From the NCBI RefSeq assembly GCF_006345805.1, contig NC_042998.1:140678001-140742000 (forward strand): a stretch of 64,000 nt of DNA. The letters are read 5' to 3'. The position numbers and the translations under genes were made by a program. Below the pieces are notes generated by a model that saw only the letters and a list, made by a program, of their open reading frames with translations, had not been told where the DNA came from and ran no database searches. This DNA comes from Octopus sinensis. Lineage: Eukaryota. Below, piece by piece: positions 12,819-24,157 of the stretch. Position 1 is the stretch's first letter; the number at the start of each line of letters is the position of its first letter.

Positions 12819-15800
12819 TCAGGATTTGGGCACCAAGGCCCATTCGAGCAGAGAGTTATTGTTTGCGGAGACATATCCGGGTGTGGGTGGTTTGTCCGGT
12901 ACTGTTTGAAGGAATTTGTCCAAAAACTTCTTGAATTTTGTGTGGTCAGTTTCTTTTTTGACGTGCCCTGGTGTAATGTTGAAGAGAGCAGGTCCAATTG
13001 AGGTGAAATAGTTGTGCCGTATTGTCGTTATGTGATGCGATTTAGATTTTTGTTGTGGACGGATGGCACGTGGTCCAAGCCTTGGATGCATTTTGAAGGT
13101 GATGCCAACATCATTCGGACAGTGCTGGTGGAATATTTTCCACATCATACAGATAATGTAGCGTTCACGGCGTCGTTGGAGTGAATACAATTTCAGCTTC
13201 TCTAGTCTACCCCAGTAGTCAAGGTCTGACATGCCATCTATCTTTTTTGTGATTGACCTTTGGGGAGCTTCAATTCTCATAATATTTTGTTTTGTGTAGG
13301 GAGACCACAGTGGACAGCAGTATTCAAGGTGGGGTCGGGCAAAAGTGGAGAAGAGAAGGATAATAGCGTGGGAAACTCTCGACTGGAAGGTTCTGAGAAT
13401 CCAGGAACACATTCTGCGGGCCATGTCAACTTTGCTGCTTATATGTGTAGCCCAGCTTATGTTGCTGTCCACTGTTACTCCCAGGTCTCTGATGTTGTTG
13501 GATGCCATGAGAATTTCTCCAGAAGGAAGAGAGTATGGGAGTTTCAGAGCGTCCTCCCTTCCAAAGTGGATCAGTTCAAATTTGTCTTCATTTAGCAACA
13601 TGTTATTCTTTTCCGCCCATTGGACAACAGCCAGTAGGTCTGACTGAAGGTTTATTCGGTCATCCACGCCATTGATGACCTTCTGGAGCTTGGAGTCATC
13701 AGCGAAGGTTCTGATGTTACTGTGTTTGATGGTATCAGTAATATCATTTATGTAGATGATGAAGAGAAGTGGGCCCAACACAGTGCCTTGTGGGACACCA
13801 CTGCTGACTTTGGCTGGGCTGGATTTGACTCCTTCGACTACAACATGTTGGGTTCTGTTAGACAGGAAGCACTTGATCCACTGCAGCAACTTTCCAGTGA
13901 CACCAATATTGGACAGCTTTCTCAGAAGGATCTTATGATCAACCCTGTCAAAGGCCTTGCTGAAATCAAGGTAGATGACATCAGTGTTGGAACCTTCTCC
14001 CAAGGCTCTCAAAATGTCATCAAAATGATGCAGTAGCTGCGTCAGGCAATCTCTCCCATTACGGAATCCATGCTGGTTGGGGTTCAGCATATTATGCCTC
14101 TCAAGGAAGTGAGTCATACGCGATCTCAGCACCCTCTCAAATACCTTGATGATATGAGAGGTGAGTGAGATTGGACGGTAATTCACGGCAAGCGATTTGT
14201 TTCCTTTTTTGAAAACTGGGACAACAGACTGGGATAGAAGGTCCTCTGGTATATCCAGCATCCAGTGAGTTCCGCCACAGATTGGCTAGAGGGGGTGCGA
14301 GTTGGTTTTGACACATCTTCAAGACACAAGCAGGGAACCTATCGGGACCTACTGCTGAATTATGCTTCATTTCCTTTATTGCTGCTAAGACATCAGGAGC
14401 GCCAAATGTTATGTCCGATAAAGTGTATTGGGGAGTAACATCACTGATACAGCCCAGATCAGTCATATCAGGATTGCTGAAAACAGAGCAATATTGTTTC
14501 TGCAATATCTCTCCCATGGTTTTGGCATTGTCTTGAAGAGTACCATTTTCATCAATCAGAGGGCCAACAGTAGAACCAGTGACTCTGTGTTTTTTTGCAA
14601 ATGAAAAGAACACTTTGGGATTGAGTTTGATCTTCTCAATGGCCCAGGCCTCTTCAGCTCTTCGCTGACTATTGATGATAGACATCATGTTGTTTTGGAG
14701 TTTATGTTTTTTAATCTCTAGCGACGAGATGGCAGTCAGGTTGGTGTGTTGCTGTTGACAGTATTTCAGCATGTTGATCTTTTTGTTGATTCTTTTAATT
14801 TTCCTTATGAGAGATTTTCTATTTCTAGGGATTCGACACTTAGATTTGTTTGCAGATCTTAATGGGGTGTGTCTTGCACATATGTTCGTGATGATGTCTA
14901 CAAGTGACTGCCAGGACTTTTTAGTGTTAGTGGGTGTGTATGTGTGCGTGAAGGACCAATCAACTTGTGCAAGATCATTATTGATCGCTTCCCAGTTTGC
15001 ATTGTGGAAATCCATAGTGTCAAATGGATGAACAGGAGGGATGACATTTGTTTTGCATTTTGGCCAGTGAAATCTCAGATCACAGAGAACCATGTCATGG
15101 TCGGAGAGTAGGGTTTTCTCCACTGCAATATTGTGGATAGTATCAGTGTGATTGCTGAAAATTAAGTCTAAGACGTTTTTGTGACATCTCGTTGGTTCGA
15201 GTACCAGTTGGGACAAGAAGAAGTCATCCATGAAGTCAAGAAGCGATTCCACTGCCTCCCTGTCAGGGGTTGAGAGAGAAGAACCTGGGGGCAGACTGTT
15301 TGTAGACCAGTCAACCCCGGGAAGGTTGAAGTCTCCCATCATTAAAATGTTGTCAGGTTGACACTGCTGAATGAAACACTTTATGCTGTTGAGGCATTCC
15401 TTGAAGCATGGTAGGGGCGTTTGGGGTGGTCTGTAGAGCCCAACTACTGTTAAGTTGTTGGTTTGACTGAATACAGCGACTGCTTCGCAGTATCCATTCG
15501 AAAATATGTTCATGGCTTCTGTTGAGAATGAATCATGGACATAAATGGCAGTCCCACCCTTTCTTCTGCCAGCACGATCAGCACGAATGGTTTTGAAATT
15601 TTTAACTTTCACCTCGGCTTCCAAGTGGAGGTCACTAAGATGGGTTTCAGTGAGGACGAAGAAAGGGATGTGGTTTGGATGGGCCTCGACCCAGTCCTCC
15701 AGGAATCTTATCTTCCATTTTTGTGTATTGGTGGAAGGGCTGATGCCTTGGGCATTAAGCAGAAATGTTGAGGCGAGAGTGGATGGTTTTAATTGTTTTG

Positions 15801-15834
15801 GTGATTTGTTTATTTGATTGCTTTTTAATGGCAT
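12819..15834 (-). CDS. LINE ORF2, APE endonuclease plus reverse transcriptase (~1005 aa if one frameshift near 14250 is corrected)
   Basis: APE motifs LNAQG, LTETHL, DRAGRRKGGTAIYV, GLYRPP, MGDFNLP, LDLIFSN, SDHDMV (ORF 14137-15834); RT motifs YRPISLTS, QHGFR, YLDFSKAFD, GVPQGTVLGPLLF, FADD, RPHLEYCCPLWSP (ORF 12819-14261). Junction GGA TAT A CCA GAG lacks 2 nt relative to G-Y-I-P-E. Confidence 0.92.
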
Positions 15835-16940
15835 GTGCAGTGGGGTATTTGTGGTGGATGGTGGTGGGTGATAGCTCGGATGTTTTTTTCCAGTTCTTTT
15901 GCTAGATTCATCATAGCTAAAAAAGAGGAAGAAGAGGTGGTTTCCTGTCTAGGGAACCGCAGGTGACTGTGGCCGCGGCTATTTTTATGTGAGTGGTTAT
16001 CTTTAAATGTCCGACGAGTCCCCGGGAGATGGGTAAAGGGGCAATCCCTGTGCAGACACAATCTGTCTCGCTGGGAATAGCGGCAGATTTGGGGATTCCT
16101 TGTTTGAGATATTGGTGGTTGTGGTGGTGTTGTATTATGGTGGTTGCTGTTGTAGTTTGTGGGGATAGAGCGTTTTGTTCCAGGTAAATGGGTGAATTTG
16201 CAGTCTCTATCAGTGCACAGTCTATGGCGAAGAGAATATCGGCAAATGATGGCGTTTCGAGTGGGTGTGTAGGTGCGTGTGTGTGTGTGAGTTGTGAAAG
16301 GTGTAGATGATAGTTTGTTGAAGTTTTGGCGACCTTTGTGACCTGTAGGAGGTAAATTCCTTGAGATAGCATTAGTAGTAGTAGTAGTAGGTAGAAGAGA
16401 TGTTGACAGTGGTAATGATTGAGGAGGTCGATTCCAAGACAAAGATGTTTGTCGATACATAGTTGGAGTTGTACTAGTAGTAGTAAGCAGAGGAGATGGT
16501 GTTGACAATGATGATGATTGAGCTGCTGGGGCAGTGAAAGGAAGGGGTGGTGCTTCCTGCTGTGTGACCCTGATGACTGGGGGGTCAATCGTTTCGTTTA
16601 GCAAATCGGCCATTGTAGATGAATCGAGGAGTGGTTCATCCTGTTGTTGTTGCTGTATCTGTTGTTGTTGTTGCCGCTGAGTTTGTTGTTGAGGTTGTTG
16701 TTGTTGTTGCCGCTGAGTTTGTTGTTGTTGTTGCGCCGGTGATGCGTTCGAAGAGAAAACACATCTTAGTTTATCGAAGTGTTTATTTATTAATTTAAAA
16801 GCAACTTCGATTTGTTTTAATTTATTTTGTATCTGCTGTTCAGATCGAGTTTGCAAATGGTGAACTGCTCGTTTAGCAATTTCGTTCAGATACGAAGCAC
16901 CTATGCTCTCTGTTTCGGTAAGGCCATGCCATGTGTTGAT
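15825..16940 (-). CDS. LINE ORF1 remnant: Gln-rich, Thr/Pro-rich, two tandem CCCH zinc fingers
   Basis: Open frame with CRYSLRHRLCTDRDCKFTH (16188-16244) and CRYSQRDRLCLHRDCPFTH (16029-16085); its stop overlaps the ORF2 ATG (15825-15834). The MYVC N-terminus in the track is microsatellite, not part of the element. Confidence 0.8.
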   Translation of the reverse strand: MNTWHGLTETESIGASYLNEIAKRAVHHLQTRSEQQIQNKLKQIEVAFKLINKHFDKLRCVFSSNASPAQQQQQTQRQQQQQPQQQTQRQQQQQIQQQQQDEPLLDSSTMADLLNETIDPPVIRVTQQEAPPLPFTAPAAQSSSLSTPSPLLTTTSTTPTMYRQTSLSWNRPPQSLPLSTSLLPTTTTTNAISRNLPPTGHKGRQNFNKLSSTPFTTHTHTRTYTPTRNAIICRYSLRHRLCTDRDCKFTHLPGTKRSIPTNYNSNHHNTTPPQPPISQTRNPQICRYSQRDRLCLHRDCPFTHLPGTRRTFKDNHSHKNSRGHSHLRFPRQETTSSSSFLAMMNLAKELEKNIRAITHHHPPQIPHCTCH

Positions 16941-17014
16941 ACATATATATACATACATACATATATATACATACATACATACATATACATACATATATAC
17001 ATACATACATATAT

Positions 17015-17047
<33 letters not shown>

Positions 17048-17055
17048 TGCATATA
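16941..17055. repeat. (TACA)n/(TA)n microsatellite (remainder of the SINE internal tract)
   Basis: Directly visible. Confidence 0.95.
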
Positions 17056-17209
17056 TACGACGGGCTTCTTTCAGTTTCCGTCTACCAAATCCACTCACAA
17101 GGCTTTGGTCGGCCCGAGGCTATAGTAGAAGACACTTGCTCAAGGTGCCACGCAGTGGGACTGAACCCGGAACTATGTGGTTCATAAGTAAGCTACTTAC
17201 CACGTAGCC
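17056..17209 (-). mobile_element. SINE family A, 5' half (head)
   Basis: GACGGGCTTCTTTCAGTTTCCGTCTACCAAATCCACTCACAAGGC...GAAGACACTTGCTCAAGG...ACTGAACCCGGAACTATGTGGTT matches the right part of the 2600-2958 copy. Confidence 0.85.
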
Positions 17210-17224
17210 TCTTACTTTCTACTA

Positions 17225-17300
17225 CTCTACTACTACTGACCTCCTACAACGACTGACTGTCTGACTTTATAGTTGGAAGGAGTGTACCATTTTCATTACA
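17225..17300 (-). repeat. Start of a Gypsy LTR, probably the remnant 5' LTR
   Basis: TCTACTACTACTGACCTCCTACAACGACTGACTGTCTGACTTTATAGTTGGAAGGAGTGTACCATTTTCATTACA matches 6628-6728; on the minus strand it begins TG at 17300. Confidence 0.75.
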
Positions 17301-18584
17301 ACAGTTTTCCTATAAAATTTTATGCTGTGTTGCATCATTAGATGTTGTACTCGCTCCCTGTTGTAAGTACGGCGAGAGACTGTTGTGTACGCATGACCAA
17401 TATAATAGCTAGTGTTATGAAATATACGACTCTCACATTTGTAATCAAATTTATGGTTAGGAAAATGGAAAAATTATATACCAGTTACATATAAGTACAG
17501 CCAGCCGCCATCCGTGATCAAATATGGCTCAGTGACATGTACCATACTTTCGCCAATGGTTTTTAAATGCTTATTTAGTCACAGACTAAACAGACTTTCT
17601 CTCTATTCATCCACCGATGATCCAGGAGAACATCAAGGATGTGACAGTTGAAAAAGTGAGATAGATAGATAGAGAGAGAGAAGGAGGGAGGGAGGGGCGC
17701 TATGCCTGCACTTGATTGGTATTAATTTACTATTGAGTAAACTGAGACAATCCTCACGAGCACAATACGCTGCCGGAACCAGGAACTATCTATCTATCTA
17801 CCTACCTACCTGCTTGCCTGCCTATCTGTCTGTCTGTTTCTCTATTTCCTTTCTTTGTTTACATCTAAATACCTATTCTCCCCATAGTCTTACAAACTGA
17901 CAATTACCTATTCTCTCACAGCCGTTTTTACCTTTTGATCTTAAATCACCGACTTCTTTCATTTATTAACAATTACAATATTATTCTCTATGTTGTGTTT
18001 TAACCGGTCCTAGCTTGTCCTAAATTTAACATGTTATTTTATTATTCAATTATTCTATCACAAACGTCTTTAGCCTTTGATGAATAAAGGATGTGGCTCC
18101 TTACCACCACCACGTCCACCACTTCAGTTCATTAATATAAAACCAGCGTACCGAACATGTCACCTTAGCTGTAACTACGAGCTAACAATGACCCAACGAC
18201 AGAGTTACGCAGTGAAAGCAACACATCCAGGAGCTGCGATCCCTACGAACTACTTGGGAGCCCAGTATTTCCGGTTGTGAAGTGCAGCCACTGACACGAT
18301 AACCCTTTCCGTGAGTGGGTCGTCAAGAAGTGGGGGGAAATCATGCCACCTGGTTTCACTTTTAACTATACTTCTTGGTCTATGTTCACCTTCAACGGAA
18401 TTAGCTTATTGGTAAAGATTCGAGCCAGATTTGCGGGATATCACGATCTTTTGACACCCTGATTCAAAACTGCATTTTTCTGTTGTGTTCACAGACATCT
18501 TGGACTCCACTGAAAGAACAATTTATACCGATCAAGTGATTGGTATAAAGTAACTAATAAACATGCTTCAGCATTGGTGTAGCA

Positions 18585-18845
18585 CAGTAGTACTCAACCA
18601 TTTTTTTTTTGCCTAAGGACCCTTTTGATTCCCATTTTACATGGGTGGACCCTCAGAGCCATTCAATGTTTTAAAAAATCCTATTACCATATTTTTATAA
18701 TTAAATATTATTATGATTTGTATTATAAAATTTTTTAATATTTTGAGCATTGTAGAATTATGACTAGTTTATTGCAAATAGTCTTCAACAACAACATCTT
18801 ATGTGGGCTCCTAAGGGCCATATGGACCCCAGTTGAAAAACACTG
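18585..18845. mobile_element. hAT-like MITE
   Basis: Termini CAGTAGTACTCAACC / GTTGAAAAACACTG; 8-bp flanks GTGTAGCA and TTGTAGCT (6/8 match); a related copy starts near 63426. Confidence 0.65.
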
Positions 18846-19299
18846 TTGTAGCTAGAGTCTTATCGCCCGAGTGCCTTCCATCGGACTCCTAAATTTATAC
18901 AAGCTTATGCAACAAACTCAGAAGTGCCCGCCCCCGGAGAAGCGTCGTTCGAGGCGGGCACCCCTACTCCTTCTAGTTACACTGGCCCATAGATGTGCTG
19001 TATCTTCTCTTTCTCTCTCCATCTTTTCAATTGATCCTCAAGTCCGAATGGTGTCATGTCAGCACCTCTCAGACATTTCAGAGGGAGCTTTGTGTCCTGT
19101 AAAGACAACCTCTCAAGTGCTGGCGGCATGAGGACTTCTTTTCTAAGTGGGGAACGACAAACAGATAACCAAGTTTAACAATACTTCTTGGCTTATGGAA
19201 GTTTTCAACGGAATTTAACCCTGTTGACAAAATTTTGAACCGGGTTTCAGGCATACCCATTCAAATAACATCTTTCACTTGGTGCTACTGTCCTACAGA

Positions 19300-19800
19300 A
19301 ACAGGGCGGGGAGGTTCAGGTTTTTCAGCAGACACCTTCGACAGGGACCCAGTCTGGAGGGAAACGCCTCTGGAACCTGCCCTACAAGATCGATAAATGT
19401 TACGACTCACCACATATTCTCGTATCACTCAACACCACCCACCTGTCTGACACTATTTTCCTTCAAGGCTGTTAACTGATAGAGGTCTCCCCAGTTTTAC
19501 GTCGACTACCCCTGATAACAAATGTGTTTCGCTTTTGAAACAGATAAGCAAGTGACTGAAGCTACCATCTTTCACATATCTCTCGCTACATCAATGGCTT
19601 CTAACCTGAGTTAGACGCATATTTCTTCCACTCAGCAACACTTATTTGTCGTCTTTCTTGTTCTATAGACTCCACATTAAGTACTTAATTAATAGTGCTT
19701 CTGCACCAGGATTGCAACTCTCTGGAATTTCTTTCTTGCAAATAAATATTCGCCCAGAGACGGTTAGAAATGAACAGGGATTACATCAATTTAGTCAGCT
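19300..19800 (+). mobile_element. Highly degraded LINE 3' remnant
   Basis: One frame near 19700 reads FCTRIATLWNFF, resembling the LINE ORF2 C-terminal F..RT..LWNSL motif; otherwise broken. Confidence 0.3.
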
Positions 19801-20838
19801 TGGAATAAGAAGCAGAAGTTAGAAGTACCAACCCTTTTAATAGAATTATAAAGAAAAATAGACCGTTAATACACACGTAACAAATATATATATATATATA
19901 CACTTACACATAAATATAAACACATATATATATACATATATACACTTATATATTATATATACGCGCACACACACACACACACACATCACAACTTATACTA
20001 TTCACATACACATATAGATATATATATATATAAATATACACACATTTACACTTGTATATGAACATACACACACGCTTATATATATCATACACCTGTCTAT
20101 AGACACATACCCCTCCCCTCCACACATACACAACGCTATATATATGTAAAGCGACACCTACATACATACATACGTTATTCGTAACTAAATTCAGTAGTAA
20201 GAATATATCCTTTGAATTGGTTTCGCTTGATACAAAAATTTGTCATCCTAGACTGGTCACATGACCTTAGATGTGGTTTTTTTTTTCATTTACGATCCGT
20301 GAAGTTTCGGTTGAATGAATCTATTGCCTTTATCTTCTGTCTCCACCGTTTAAAGAATATAATTTTATTTATAATCTATAGAGTCAATAATTATTTAAGT
20401 ACAAGAGTGTTAGCCGTCATATGACGAGTAAATTTGGAAATATATTTTTGTCACTATAGGTAATATCAGAAAATATGGTCATACATACAATACTTATAAT
20501 TTAACTTTCTATCAGATTTCTTAACGCTTATATAAAATGATAAGTGAAGGCGCGTGGCCTAGTTAGGGTGCTACACTCACGATTTCGAGATCGTGGTTTC
20601 GATTCCCATACCTGGTGGTGTGTTGTTCATCATTATCATCAACATTTAATGTTCGTTTTCCATGCTAGCATAGACTGGACGGCTTGACAGGAACTGGCAA
20701 GGCCAGGGACCGTACCAGGTTCCTTTTTAAGATCTGGTGGTAGGGTGTTCTCATGTAAAGAAATGCACCACATTTTGGTTCTCTGTCATCACCTTCGAAA
20801 GGTTCAGCCTTCATCCCATGTCTTCCTCGGTCTCCATC

Positions 20839-21560
20839 TTTAATTTGGAATGCTGTCATTTCCTGGTTCTCTAATTTTCTCAAAACTGAAGGTAGTGGAA
20901 CATCTGGTAACATGGTATGTCTAAGCTTTATGAAGGCGGCGAGCTGGCAGAAACGTTAACACGACGGGCGAAATGCTTAGCGGTATTTCGTCTGCGTTAC
21001 GTTGTGAGTTCAAATTCCGCCGAGGTCGACTTTGCCTTTCATCCTTTCGGGGTCGATAAATTAAGTACCAGTTACGCACTGGGGTTGATGTAATCGACTT
21101 AATACCTATGTCTGTCTTTGTTTGTCCCCTCTGTGTTTAGCCCCTTGTGGGTAATAAAGAAATAGGTATGTCTAAGCTTTACAACCCATAATTTGAAAAG
21201 CAAATCAGAAAAAATCGAACCTGTTATATCGCAAACAAAATGTCGGAAAGTCGTGGCAATACTGACTTATTCCATTAAATAATAATGGTTTCAAATTTTG
21301 GCACAAGGCCAGCAAGTTCGGGTGAGGGGAGTAAGTCGATTACATGGACCCCAGTGCTCAACTGGTATTCATTTTATCAACCCTGAAATGATGAAAAGCA
21401 AAGTCAACCTCGGCGGAATTTGAACTCAGAACGTGAAGACGGACAAAATGTTTAGCAGAACTCGCCCGGAGTGCTAACGATTCTGCCATCTTACCGCTTT
21501 ATTCCAGTGAATAATAAAGGACGAAATGCAATGTCGACGTCAGCGGAATTTGAACTCAGA
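20839..21560. repeat. Left copy of a locally duplicated block (partner 25569-26050)
   Basis: TTTAATTTGGAAT..GCTGTCATTTCCTGGTTCTCTA...CTGGTAACATGGTATGTCTAAGCTTTA CAACCCATAATTTGAAAAGCAAATCAG...GGCACAAGGCCAGCAAGTTCGGGTGAGGGGAGTAAG is present in both copies. Confidence 0.92.
20931..21164 (+). mobile_element. Full SINE family B copy with a 17-bp target-site duplication
   Basis: Head GGCGGCGAGCTGGCAGAAACGTTA...GAGTTCAAATTCCGCCGAGGTCGAC; TSD GGTATGTCTAAGCTTTA at 20914-20930 and 21165-21181; the site is empty in the right copy. Confidence 0.92.
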
Positions 21561-24157
21561 ACGTGAAGACGGACAAAATGTTTAGCAGAACTCGCCCCGA
21601 GTGCTAACGATTCTGCCATCTTACCGCTTTATTCCAGTGAATAATAAAGGACGAAAGGCAATGTCGACGTCAGCGGAATTTGAACTCAGAACGTGAAGAC
21701 GGACAAAATGTTTAGCAGAACTCGCCCGGAGTGCTAACGATTCTGCCATCTTACCGCTTTATTCCAGTGAATAATAAAGGACGAAAGGCAATGTCGACGT
21801 CAGCGGAATTTGAACTCAGAACGTGAAGACGGACAAAATGTTTAGCAGAACTCGCGCCCGAGTGCTAACGATTCTGCCATCTTACCGCTTTATTCCAGTG
21901 AATAATAAAGGACGAAAGGCAATGTCGACGTCAGCGGAATTTGAACTCAGACGTGAGAGACGGACAAAATGTTTAGCAGAACTCGCCCGGAGTGCTAACG
22001 ATTCTGCCATCTTACCGCTTTATTCCAGTGAATAATAAAGGACGAAAGGCAATGTCGACGTCAGCGGAATTTGAACTCAGAACGTGAAGACGGACAAAAT
22101 GTTTAGCAGAACTCGCCCGGAGTGCTAACGATTCTGCCATCTTACCGCTTTATTCCAGTGAATAATAAAGGACGAAAGGCAATGTCGACGTCAGCGGAAT
22201 TTGAACTCAGAACGTGAAGACGGACAAAAGTTTAGCAGAGCACTCGCCCGGAGTGCTAACGATTCTGCCATCTTACCGCTTTATTCCAGTGAATAAAGGA
22301 CGAAAGGCAATGTCGACGTCAGCGGAATTTGAACTCAGAACGTGAAGACGGACAAAATGTTAGCAGAACTCGCCCGGAGTGCTAACGATTCTGCCATCTT
22401 ACCGCTTTATTCCAGTGAATATAAAGGACGAAAGGCAATGTCGACGTCAGCGGAATTTGAACTCAGAACGTGAAGACGGACAAAATGTTTAGCAGAACTC
22501 GCCCGGAGTGCTAACGATTCTGCCATCTTACCGCTTTATTCCAGTGAATAATAAAGGACGAAAGGCAATGTCGACGTCAGCGGAATTTGAACTCAGAACG
22601 TGAAGACGGACAAAATGTTTAGCAGAACTCGCCCGGAGTGCTAACGATTCTGCCATCTTACCGCTTTATTCAGTGAATATAAAGGACGAAAGGCAATGTC
22701 GACGTCAGCGGAATTTGAACTCAGAACGTGAAGACGGACAAAATGTTTAGCAGAACTCGCCCGGAGTGCTAACGATTCTGCCATCTTACCGCTTTATTCC
22801 AGTGAATAATAAAGGACGAAAGGCAATGTCGACGTCAGCGGAATTTGAACTCAGAACGTGAAGACGGACAAAATGTTTAGCAGAACTCGCCCGGAGTGCT
22901 AACGATTCTGCCATCTTACCGCTTTATTCCAGTGAATAATAAAGGACGAAAGGCAATGTCGACGTCAGCGGAATTTGAACTCAGAACGTGAAGACGGACA
23001 AAATGTTTAGCAGAACTCGCCCGGAGTGCTAACGATTCTGCCATCTTACCGCTTTATTCCAGTGAATAATAAAGGACGAAAGGCAATGTCGACGTCAGCG
23101 GAATTTGAACTCAGAACGTGAAGACGGACAAAATTTTTAGCAGAACTCGCCCGGAGTGCTAACGATTCTGCCATCTTACCGCTTTATTAATCCAGTGAAT
23201 AATAGGACGAAAGGCAATGTCGACGTCAGCGGAATTTGAACTCAGAACGTGAAGACGGACAAAATGTTTAGCAGAACTCGCCCGGAGTGCTAACGATTCT
23301 GCCACTCTTACCGCTTTATTCCAGTGAATAATAAGGAGACGAAAGGCAATGTCGACGTCAGCGGAATTTGAACTCAGAACGTGAAGACGGACAAAATGTT
23401 TAGCAGAACTCGCCCGGAGTGCTAACGATTCTGCCATCTTACCGCTTTTATCCAGTGAATAATAAAGGACGACGAAGGCAATGTCGACGTCAGCGGAATT
23501 TGAACTCAGAACGTGAAGACGGACAAAATGTTTAGCAGAACTCGCCGGAGTGCTAACGATTCTGCCATCTTACCGCTTTATTCCAGTGAATAATAAAGGA
23601 CGAAAGGCAATGTCGACGTCAGCGGAATTTGAACTCAGAACGTGAAGACGGACAAAATGTTTAGCAGAACTCGCCCGGAGTGCTAACGATTCTGCCATCT
23701 TACCGCTTTATTCCAGTGAATAATAAAGGACGAAAGGCAATGTCGACGTCAGCGGAATTTGAACTCAGAACGTGAAGACGGACAAAATGTTTAGCAGAAC
23801 TCGCCCGGAGTGCTAACGATTCTGCCATCTTACCGCTTTATTCCAGTGAATAATAAAGGACGAAAGGCAATGTCGACGTCAGCGGAATTTGAACTCAGAA
23901 CGTGAAGACGGACAAAATGTTTAGCAGAACTCGCCCGGAGTGCTAACGATTCTGCCATCTTACCGCTTTATTCCAGTGAATAATAAAGGACGAAAGGCAA
24001 TGTCGACGTCAGCGGAATTTGAACTCAGAACGTGAAGACGGACAAAATGTTTAGCAGAACTCGCCCGGAGTGCTAACGATTCTGCCATCTTACCGCTTTA
24101 TTCCAATGAATAATAAAGGACAAAAGGCAAAGTCGACGTCAGCGGAATTTGAACTCA
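21400..24157 (-). repeat. Tandem array of ~21 near-identical 130-bp units derived from a SINE B head
   Basis: Period 130 (e.g. TGTCGACGTC at 23611, 23741, 23871, 24001); each unit carries GAGTTCAAATTCC and TGGCAGAATCGTTAG on the minus strand. Confidence 0.97.

Larger units (their letters stand above)
12731..16940 (-). mobile_element. CR1-clade LINE, 5'-truncated within ORF1, with a (TCTAAGTTAT)2 3' tail
   Basis: ORF1 remnant plus ORF2 (APE + RT); 3' tail is ATAACTTAGA x2 at 12731-12750 on the + strand; both ends abut (TACA)n. Confidence 0.92.

Noticed and set aside
13260-16187. Plus-strand ORFs antisense to the LINE, and ORF 15917-16588
   Set aside because: Shadow or alternative frames of the LINE coding sequence, with no recognisable motifs.
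21400-24157. CRISPR-like appearance of the regular array
   Set aside because: Units are identical end to end with no unique spacers, there are no cas genes, the context is eukaryotic, and the unit is a SINE fragment.
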